DNA of 64,000 nucleotides, from NCBI GenBank assembly GCA_963697175.1, contig CAVONC010000028.1:19718-83717 (forward strand), read 5' to 3'. Made by a program: the position numbers and the translations under genes. The notes beneath the pieces are model-generated. The model had not been told where the DNA came from. It did no database searches and was given only the letters and a program-made list of their open reading frames with translations. Below, piece after piece: positions 16,451-24,146 of the stretch; positions within the stretch are counted from its first letter, which is position 1, and the number at the start of each line of letters is the position of its first letter. The stretch comes from an uncultured Acidobacteriaceae bacterium. Its GTDB lineage: Bacteria > Acidobacteriota > Terriglobia > Terriglobales > Acidobacteriaceae.

Positions 16451-17491
16451 ATGCTCCCCATCTTTGACGAGCGGCCCTGGGGCGTCCGCGATCTGCGCCC
16501 CATCTACACCCGCGCCGTCGCCGAGCCCATCGGCGAAAGCTGGCTCACGTGGGAAGACAATCGCGTCGCCAATGGACCGCTCGCCGGCCGCAGCCTGGCG
16601 GATCTGAGCAAGGAATTTCGACGCGAGATGGTCGGGCGTTTGTCCTGCTACGAAGATCGCTTTCCGCTGCTGGTGAAGTTTCTGTTTCCCGGCTCCAAGT
16701 TGTCGGTGCAGGTCCACCCTGACGACGAGCAGGCACAGAAGAACGGTTATCCCTGCGGCAAGACGGAGTGCTGGTATGTGCTGCGGGCGCAGCCGGGAGC
16801 GCAGGTCGCGCTGGGATTTAAGCCTGGAGTGACGCTCGAGGAATTTCGCCGAGCCATCGAAGAGACGCGCGCGGAAGATCTGCTGAACTGGGTCGACGTC
16901 TTCGCCGGCGACATGCTGTACGTTGCGGCGGGCACGGTTCATACCATCGGTGGTGGGATGATTCTGGTCGAGACGCAGCAGACCTCCGACGTCACCTATC
17001 GCTTGTACGATTACGGCCGTCCGCGCGAGCTCCACATCAAAGAAGGCCTGGCCGCAACCAAGCTGCATACCAACGCCGGCAAAGTCGTGGGTAGAGCGGA
17101 CCCTTCGACAGGCTCAGGGCAGGCTCTTCAGGGCTGCGTCCACGCCGATAGAAATTCTGTTGAGCCGGCTTCAGCCAGCGCCGACTCCAACGTTCTGGTG
17201 CGCTCGCCCTTCTTCGAAGTTGAGAAGATGAAGCTGCGCGAGGATCTGCAAGCCGAGCTTTCCGGCGATTCGCCGCACATCATCGTCGCCATAAGCGGCG
17301 CCGGAATCGTGGAATCGGAAGGCATGGAGCCGATCACCTTCGCTACCGGTGACGCGGTTGTGATTCCGGCTTGCGTGCGCGAATATCGCGTGCGGCCGCA
17401 GTGGGAAATTGAATTGATGCGCATGTCGCTACCCGCCGGCCCAGTCGAGGAGCCACAGACCGAGCTGCCGCAATCAGTCAGCGCGAAGTAG
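16451..17491 (+). CDS. manA: type I mannose-6-phosphate isomerase
   Basis: Cupin motifs are present: LSVQVHPDDEQA, GKTECWYVL, GTVHTIGGGMILVETQQTSDVTYRLYDYGR. The first in-frame ATG is 16451, but the conserved QLYPF begins upstream. An ATG at 16426 is 1 nt out of frame, so another indel is possible. The gene carries an in-frame repeat-derived insert at about 17089-17180. Confidence 0.75.
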   Translation: MLPIFDERPWGVRDLRPIYTRAVAEPIGESWLTWEDNRVANGPLAGRSLADLSKEFRREMVGRLSCYEDRFPLLVKFLFPGSKLSVQVHPDDEQAQKNGYPCGKTECWYVLRAQPGAQVALGFKPGVTLEEFRRAIEETRAEDLLNWVDVFAGDMLYVAAGTVHTIGGGMILVETQQTSDVTYRLYDYGRPRELHIKEGLAATKLHTNAGKVVGRADPSTGSGQALQGCVHADRNSVEPASASADSNVLVRSPFFEVEKMKLREDLQAELSGDSPHIIVAISGAGIVESEGMEPITFATGDAVVIPACVREYRVRPQWEIELMRMSLPAGPVEEPQTELPQSVSAK

Positions 17492-17667
17492 TTCGCCTCA
17501 CCACAGAGCCACAGAAGGCACCGAGAAATCCTGAAGAATCCAAATTAATTTGTCGAGTCGTTAGCCCCTCCAGTTTCATCTTTCTTCCGAGCATCCCGAC
17601 ACGATGTATAGTTGCGTGTCGCCGGATCGGACATGAATAGCTACGAGATCACCGCGAGAGAACTATC

Positions 17668-18159
17668 GTGATGCCACCAAGAGCAGATTCCGAGCACCAT
17701 AACCTTGCCTCATGCGGACTGGCCTTGGTTCGCGTGACCATTGGCGCGATGTTTGTCTGGGTGTTCTTCGAGAACCTGGGCAAGGGACTCTACACGCCGG
17801 GCGGCTACGCCGGACTGATCCACTATTACATTGAGAAGGGTCACTCGCCGGCTGCGTGGAAAGCCTTTATGGCGCTGGCGGCGAGCCATGCCGCCATGGC
17901 AGCTCCCATGCAGGGGATACTCGAGCTCTCGCTCGGCGTGCTGCTCGTCGTCGGTCTGTTCACGCGCCCCGTGGCGCTTGTTGCGTTCTTGTACCTGGGC
18001 AGCCTTTGGATGTCGGAATGGGGCACGGCATGGACCTGGGAGCTGCTGAACCCGGTTCTAGCGTCGCTCGCGCTGGCGATAGGACGTGCAGGCCGAGCCT
18101 GGGGTGTCGACGCCTGGCTGGCACAGCGCTGGCCGAACGCTCCGTGGTGGTTGCTCTGA
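17668..18159 (+). CDS. DoxX/DoxD-like family membrane protein
   Basis: 163 aa with 4 TM helices. LALVRVTIGAMFVWVFFENL and GLFTRPVALVAFLYLGSLW are typical of DoxX-family proteins. Confidence 0.6.
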   Translation: MMPPRADSEHHNLASCGLALVRVTIGAMFVWVFFENLGKGLYTPGGYAGLIHYYIEKGHSPAAWKAFMALAASHAAMAAPMQGILELSLGVLLVVGLFTRPVALVAFLYLGSLWMSEWGTAWTWELLNPVLASLALAIGRAGRAWGVDAWLAQRWPNAPWWLL

Positions 18160-18169
18160 GCCAGGACCA

Positions 18170-18861
18170 GTGCGCGTCTCCGTCATCATTCCCACGCATA
18201 ATGAAGCGCAGGCAATCGGACGCGTCCTCGCCGATCTTCCCGCGCGATCATTGTCACCGAAGTCCTGGTGGTCGATAGCAATTCCACCGATGGGACAGCC
18301 GAGATTGCCGAAACGTTGGGAGCACGCGTCCTGCGCGAACCACGCCGCGGATACGGACGCGCCTGTCTGACCGGGATCGCCGCCACCAGCGCCCCCGACA
18401 TCGTCGTTTTCCTCGACGGAGACTACAGCGATCGCCCGGATGAGCTGCCGCTTCTGCTCGCTCCCATCATCGAAGGCCGAGCGGACATCACACTGGGCTC
18501 GCGGCTGGCGAAACAGAACCATCCTGACGCGCTGCCTTGGCACTCGGTATTTGGGAATCGGCTGGCAGCCGGCATGATCCGGGTCTTATATCGCCAGCGA
18601 ATCAGCGATCTGGGTCCGTTTCGCGCCGCGCGTGCCGATGTCCTGCGGCAACTCGCACTCGAAGAGGCCACCTACGGCTGGGCAGTTGAGATGATCCTGA
18701 AGGGCGCGCTCGGCGGCTTCCGGATTGTCGAGGTGCCGGTCAGCTATTATCCGCGCATTGGGAAATCGAAGATCAGCGGCACGCTGCGGGGCACGGTCGG
18801 TGCGGCGTGGTTTATCCTCACTCTGATCGTGCGCTACCGTTTCCGGCGCCGGCAGCTATGA
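18170..18861 (+). pseudogene. family-2 glycosyltransferase (polyprenyl-phosphate sugar synthase-like), apparent frameshift near 18246-18250
   Basis: GTG 18170 gives VRVSVIIPTHNEAQAIGRVLADLPA. The sequence continues in the next frame as IVTEVLVVDSNSTDGTAEIA...VVFLDGDYSDRP (DxD) ...ISDLGPFRAA. Confidence 0.75.
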
Positions 18862-18900
18862 TGGCGCAGCCAGGCTTAGCGTCATCATGGACCTAGACGC

Positions 18901-19060
18901 TTTGAAAGGGCATGGCTTTAGCCGTGCCATCGCAAGCGTCTTGTCATCACGAGGGGCCTTCAGCCACGAGGGGATCTGCTTTCCAGACTCGTTTCCGCAG
19001 CGGCTAAAGCCATCATTCGACAAGATCTCAACGGCACGGCTGAAGCCGTGCCCCTTCAAA
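18901..19060. mobile_element. composite MITE-like element bounded by inverted TTTGAAAGGG-hairpin modules
   Basis: The left end is tttgaaagggcatggctttagccgtgcc (18901-18928). The right end is ggcacggctgaagccgtgccccttcaaa (19033-19060). The interior carries the gtcatcacgagg...gatctgc motif shared with the 111-bp repeat family. Confidence 0.65.
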
Positions 19061-19806
19061 CCTCGCAGCGCGCGATGAATAATCCAGCTATGGAATCCGG
19101 CGAGACCCATCCTTCAAGCGACCGCACGCTCGTCATCATGGCGAAAGCGCCACGGCCGGGAACGGTCAAAACGCGTTTAGCGCAGAGCCTTCCCGTGGAA
19201 GCGGTCACGGAGCTTTATCGTTGTCTTCTGGACGACACTTTGGCTCTGGCGCACTCGCTGCGTGGCGTGCAGGTCGCCATCATGTGCCCTGCGCCGGATG
19301 TCAAGGAACTGGCACAGATGGCCGGATCTGCGGCTGTCGTAGCGCAGCCAGTGGAAGGACTGGCGGCAGCATTGACGTCGGTATTTGCGAACTTTGCAGC
19401 GGATGGCCGGCAGCGCGTTATCGCCTTCAACAGCGACAGCCCGCACCTGCCCGCTTCGGTTCTGACGAGCGCATTCGAGCTGCTCACCGCGCACGATGTC
19501 GTGGTTGGGCCGACCTATGACGGCGGCTATTATCTGGTTGGGGCGAAGGCCGCCCATGCCGGTCTTTTTGACGGCGACAGGATGGGTACCGACAGCGCAC
19601 TCGACGCTCTGCTGGCCCGGGCTCGCAAGCTGCAGCTTTCCGTGGCCTTCACAGATCCCTTCTACGATATCGATGTGGAGAGCGACTTAACCCGCCTTGA
19701 GGCGGAACTGCGGCTTGCTCCGTCGCGGGCGCCGCGAACGGCGGCGTGGTTGAAACAGCGGCAACAGGTGATCGCACTCTTGCGAATCGCCGCTGGGGAC
19801 CTGTGA
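19048..19806 (+). CDS. DUF2064 / TIGR04282-like glycosyltransferase-related protein
   Basis: LVIMAKAPRPGTVKTRLA...LLDDTLA...AFNSDSPHLP...GPTYDGGYYLVG is the DUF2064 pattern. The true start may be ATG 19090, because 19048-19089 lies in a repeat element. Confidence 0.7.
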   Translation: MPLQTSQRAMNNPAMESGETHPSSDRTLVIMAKAPRPGTVKTRLAQSLPVEAVTELYRCLLDDTLALAHSLRGVQVAIMCPAPDVKELAQMAGSAAVVAQPVEGLAAALTSVFANFAADGRQRVIAFNSDSPHLPASVLTSAFELLTAHDVVVGPTYDGGYYLVGAKAAHAGLFDGDRMGTDSALDALLARARKLQLSVAFTDPFYDIDVESDLTRLEAELRLAPSRAPRTAAWLKQRQQVIALLRIAAGDL

Positions 19807-21091
19807 AGTTCACGCCGTCGCATCGGCTATACGCGCTCGGCGTGATTCTACTGGTGTCGCTGGTCATTTGCGCGCGCAAGTTCGGCGGCCAGGGCGAGGC
19901 TTTTCCCATCATTCCGCTGGCGGTAGCCGGCGTCGCATATCTTCTCGCCGTCCGCGAGTTATTTCGCACCCCAACCTTTCCCAAGCGCGCCATCGTCATA
20001 GCTCTCGGGTTGGCCGCAGTCTGGCACGTAGCGTTTCTCGCGATACCGACGGGCTCCGATGACGACGTTCGCCGCTATGTTTGGGATGGCCGCCTGCAGC
20101 GGCTCGGCTACAACCCCTACATTGTGGTACCCAACGATCCCGCGGTCGCCGCTTTGCACACGGCCGAGACGCGCACGATGAACCATCCGGATCTTCCCAG
20201 CCCGTATCCGCCCGGGGCGCAGCTTTTCTTTCGCGCCGTCACCGCGATTCACGAGTCTGTTTTTGCGATGCGAATCGTGTTTGTGATTTGCGACCTGGGT
20301 ATCGTTGTGGTTTTGTTCGATGTCTTGCGTAGTACCGGGCCGCGGAGCGCATTGGATTCTGGCTTATGCATGGAACCCGCTGCTGGCGACGGAAGTGGCG
20401 GGCAGCGGGCACATCGATATTCTCGGCGCGCTGTTGCTGCTGATATCCTTCGCCGCGCTCCTGCGCCGCTGGCGCACGATTGCGGCCGTCGCATTCGCGC
20501 TGGCGGTCGCCGTAAAGTTTCTCCCGATTGTGCTGCTGCCGTTGTACTGGCGGCGTGTTCGCGTGCGCGACGCGATCCTGGCCGCAGCCGTGTTCGCACT
20601 CCTGTATGTGCCATTTCTAAACCACGGGCGAATTCCGACAGGCTCGCTCGGTACTTACATCCAGAGCTTTCGTTTTAACGATCCGGTATTCACTTTGCTC
20701 GAGCGAGTGGCGCACTCCGCAGGTCATAGCGGCACTCGCAGCCTTTGTCGGCGTTCTGATCGCAGTCTGGTTTAGAACCAAATCCCAGACACTGTCCGCG
20801 GACGCATTTGCCTGGCCGATAGCTGCGTCGCTTCTCTGTGCGCCGGTGGTGTATCCATGGTATTTACTCTGGCTGCTGCCGTTCGTGCGATCGAAGTCGA
20901 CGTTGCCGCTGATCATCTGGACGGTGAGCATTATCCCGACATACATCGTCTGGCACCTGCGCACGCTAGGACGTCCGTGGGTGCTCCCTGGCTGGGTAAT
21001 GCTGCTGGAATATGGATCTGTTGCAGTGACCGCTGCAATCATCCTGTTGCGCCGAATCACCCGACCGGTCGCACCGCACTCAACCGAGTAG
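19803..21091 (+). pseudogene. GT-C type integral-membrane glycosyltransferase (DUF2029/GT87-like), two apparent frameshifts (about 20325-20350 and 20712-20722)
   Basis: GTG 19803 overlaps the stop of the DUF2064 gene (GTGA). Three consecutive frames give one polytopic protein: ...DDDVRRYVWDGRLQRLGYNPY..., then ...WILAYAWNPLLATEVAGSGHIDIL..., then ...CAPVVYPWYLLWLLPF.... Confidence 0.65.
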
Positions 21092-21118
21092 AAGGCTAAA
21101 GGGTTTTCGGCCTGACGC

Positions 21119-21167
21119 GGCGCTAAGAGCCCGCCCTGAGCGCAGTCGAAGGGCGCCGCTCTACCCG
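21119..21167 (-). repeat. REP-like element GGGTAGAGCGG..CCCTTCGAC..GCTCAGGGC.GGCTCTT (intergenic copy)
   Basis: The reverse complement cgggtagagcggcgcccttcgactgcgctcagggcgggctcttagcgcc matches 17088-17136 inside manA at about 40 of 48 positions. Confidence 0.75.
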
Positions 21168-21240
21168 TATAGTTCTTCGTATCCTGAAGCACCTGCCCGT
21201 CATCCAACATCCGTTGTCAAACTCACCAAGGAGTACCACC

Positions 21241-21976
21241 ATGACACATCTGCGCTGCAATAGAGCGATACGTCTTCTGCCGATCCTTGGGGTAATGCTT
21301 CTGGCTACAACTTCCTGGGCGCAGCAGCACTCGCCCATCGCTGAAAAACTTGCCAAGACTTATGGTCTCGATTCGTTTGGGCAGATCGAAGCCATCCGCT
21401 ATACCTGGAACGTAACCTTCCCGGGCGTCACTCTTTCTCGAACCTGGACTTGGGAGCCCAAGACCGGCCAGATCACCTATGAGGGAAAAGATAAAGACGG
21501 CAAGCCGGTGAAGGTCACGTACCAGCGCTCCGAGCTCAGCCAGCCAGCCGGCCAACGTGAAGGACGACATCGACCCTGGCTTCCAGAATGACAACTATTG
21601 GCTGATCTTCCCGCTTCATGTTTACTGGGACACCAGCGCCACTGTGACCGATGAAGGTCAGCAGAAGCTGCCGCTGGGCAAGGGTTCGGCTGACAAGGTC
21701 GTGGTGAAGTATCCTTCTGGCGGCGGCTATACGCCGGGCGACACCTGGACGTTATATGTCGGAACCAACGGGCGAGTGGAAGCGTTCCAATATGACCGCG
21801 GCGGCCCCAAGAAGCCAAAAGTGGTCATTGCGACGTGGACTGGCTACAAGATGGCAGGCCCGCTGCTCATCTCAACCGAGCACCGCGGCACCGCCGACGG
21901 CGGTCCGTTCCACCTCTGGTTCACGAACATTGCCGTCAAGCTGGCGGGATCGAACACCTGGATGGACGCGAAATAA
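21241..21976 (+). pseudogene. hypothetical secreted protein, apparent frameshift near 21545-21556
   Basis: The signal peptide is MTHLRCNRAIRLLPILGVMLLATTSWAQQ. ORFs 21214..21591 and 21557..21976 join smoothly (YQRSELSQPA / VKDDIDPGFQNDNYW). Confidence 0.5.
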
Positions 21977-22294
21977 GCCGTGGTGTACTTCTTCGTGGGT
22001 TGGTAGAGCGGGCCTTCAGGCCCTCGTCATCGCCGTCATTATTGCCTGAGTCGCTTTATAGCCGACGACAGAGTGTCGCCGGCTGAACAGTCCACTGAAA
22101 AAGTCTTTCCATCATTTCGGCGAATCGACGTAAGTGATTAATCTTCGTTCGCGAAGCGCCGAAATTACTGAGTTCTTTTTCAGCGGCCTGTGAAGCCGGC
22201 TCCATCTGGAAAGAGGGGCAGCATAACGCGGCGCTAAAGCGCCGCTCTACCCGGATGCAAGAAAGGCAAAATCGCAGGAAGCGGCGAGTCCACT

Positions 22295-23308
22295 CTATCG
22301 GGCCATTACTACCGTCGTGCAGCAACTGCTCAGCTTGGGCAGGTCGCGGCTGGCGGCCATGCGGACCTCAAGCTTCGGCCGCTCTCCGCGAATGATCGGG
22401 CAATAGCAATCGGGCTGTAACAGCGCATCCTGCAAGCGTCGACGTCCGGCACATCCGCCATGACAAGAGTCGCGGAATTCGCACGGCTGGCATGCGTCGG
22501 GAAGGGTTCGCGCCTGCTCGAAGGGCCGCGAGTTCAATACGTCGACGCCGGCCGAGATCAATTCCGATAGCGGCTCGCCTGGTCCCGGCCAATACACGCA
22601 CGGCTGCGTTGTGGCGCGCGGCGTCACTCGCACCGTGCTCACGCCGCATCCGCCTTGAAGTGGCGGAAGTCCTGCCATGGCTCGCACCAGAGGTTCGCCG
22701 ATGGCGATCACATCGGTTTCCGCAAAGAGACGCCGGAATCCCTCCCAATACTCTTCGTAGGACAACGCGTAGATATCGGATCGCACGGACTGGTAGACGT
22801 TCACACGCAGAGGAGCGTCGAATTGTTTGGCCACTCGCGCTACCTCTGCCAGGCGCAAGTAATTCGACTTCATCATCACCGCAATGATGGTCACGGGCAC
22901 GCCCAGCTTCACACAGCGCGCTGCCTGTTGATGAATGAGCGCCCAGTTTCCCAGTCCGCGCTGCGCATCCTGCTCGGCTTCGGTGGGGTAGTCGAGAGAG
23001 AATTCGATGTCATGAAAAGCACGCAGTTCGCTGTCTTCCAAAACGGCAATGCTGTGACCGTTCGAAGTAATCGTCAGCTTGACAGGCTGGCTGCGAAGGT
23101 ACGCAAGCATCGCCCGGAAGTCGGGATGCATTCCGTTCTCGCCCGTCCCCAGATTCACCGAGCGGATGGGCAGCCGTTCCATCACCGACTTGACCTGCTC
23201 TAGCGTAAGCCGATCCGTACGCGCCGGATCGCGATAACAAAACGCACAAGCGAGATTGCACTCGTTCGTGAGCCCGAGCCCGAGCGCGATTCCGTCGGAC
23301 GTGCTCAC
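22295..23308 (-). CDS. radical SAM protein with C-terminal SPASM domain
   Basis: GTG start. CNLACAFC is the CxxxCxxC motif. The C-terminal GGCG...PC... and CQPCEFRDSCHGGC (CX2CX5CX3C) form the SPASM auxiliary-cluster signature. Confidence 0.85.
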   Translation of the reverse strand: MSTSDGIALGLGLTNECNLACAFCYRDPARTDRLTLEQVKSVMERLPIRSVNLGTGENGMHPDFRAMLAYLRSQPVKLTITSNGHSIAVLEDSELRAFHDIEFSLDYPTEAEQDAQRGLGNWALIHQQAARCVKLGVPVTIIAVMMKSNYLRLAEVARVAKQFDAPLRVNVYQSVRSDIYALSYEEYWEGFRRLFAETDVIAIGEPLVRAMAGLPPLQGGCGVSTVRVTPRATTQPCVYWPGPGEPLSELISAGVDVLNSRPFEQARTLPDACQPCEFRDSCHGGCAGRRRLQDALLQPDCYCPIIRGERPKLEVRMAASRDLPKLSSCCTTVVMAR

Positions 23309-23344
23309 GGCAGGGTGAAATCGGGGATTCGCTGGCGAGATTCT

Positions 23345-24146
23345 TCATGCGCGATTCTCCATACGCCGCGCCAGGCATTGCGTATAGCGGGCCACCGTCG
23401 CGAACTCCGGCCGGCTGCCTAGCTTCCGCTCCAGCTCCAGAATCCGCGCATATTCCGAGCTGCGAGAAACACGAGGCGGCAAGTAATCCGCCAGGACGCG
23501 GATACCTCGCTCGGCGATCAACTCCAGCGACGCCGCTTGCAACATAGTTTGCAGGCCTTGTGAGGTGAAGAGTCGCACTTTACCTCCGTAGAGAGACTCG
23601 AAGCCCCACTCAGCGGAGAGATTGGCTTCGGCAGCCGTCAGGTCGCCCGCCTGGATTGCAGCCTTCACGACTTCGCCCGCCTGGTTGCGCACAACGATTG
23701 ACAGTATCGCCGATGAGTCTCGCAAAACGCGAGCCGCACCGTGCAACACAACAGCCGGATCGTCGACATATTCAAGTAGATTGTGGCAGAGAATGACATC
23801 GAACGACGCAGCCGGAAACAGGTTCGTCAATTGGCCAGCGTCGCCGCGCCGGAGCGTGACTTTGCTCAATACTCCTGCTTCGTCTGCGGCGCGTCTGGCC
23901 AGGTCGAGCATCGCCTGTGACGAATCCAGTCCGCTGACGTGAAAGCCAAGCTGTGCCAGGCGAACTGCGGTAGCTCCCGTGCCACATCCTACGTCCAGTG
24001 CATGCATCGGCTTGTTCGCCTGCGCTGGCGAAAGAAAATCCTGCAGGTTGGCAGAACGCCAGGTCTGCGCGCAATCGGCCCTCGAAGGTCTCGAGGTACG
24101 CAGCGTAATCCTGCGCGCCGTTCTGGAACCGCTCGTCGGTACTCAC
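23345..24146 (-). pseudogene. class I SAM-dependent methyltransferase (SmtA/CmoM-like layout), apparent frameshift near 24051-24060
   Basis: GTG 24146 gives STDERFQNGAQDYAAYLETFEGRLRADLAF. The sequence continues in the next frame as ANLQDFLSPAQANKPMHALDVGCGTGATAV (motif I) ...ILCHNLLEYVDDP. The start overlaps the stop of the upstream propeller gene (GTGA). Confidence 0.75.

Noticed and set aside
15782-17491. 569-aa ORF that looks like an aminotransferase-phosphomannose isomerase fusion protein
   Set aside because: The aminotransferase's conserved C-terminus (ENLQRGIERMARFFASV) and its TAA stop at 16420-16422 lie in another frame. The apparent fusion is read-through created by frame disruptions. 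PMI motifs only begin after about 16430.
22056-22325. 89-aa ORF downstream of the radical SAM gene as a candidate RiPP precursor
   Set aside because: It overlaps the rSAM 3' end and is made of dispersed repeat sequence (gtagagcggcgctttagcgccgc, cagcggcctgtgaagccggctcc) seen in other intergenic regions. It has no ribosome-binding context.
18170-23308. An arsenosugar biosynthesis cluster (TIGR04282-like DUF2064 + glycosyltransferase + radical SAM, with arsM also in the window)
   Set aside because: The radical SAM enzyme has a SPASM C-terminus and a CNLACAFC N-terminus, unlike the ArsS type as I remember it. It sits in a convergent operon with a propeller protein. The GT2 looks DPM1-like, and arsM is 34 kb away in a classic resistance operon. 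The link is therefore coincidental on present evidence.
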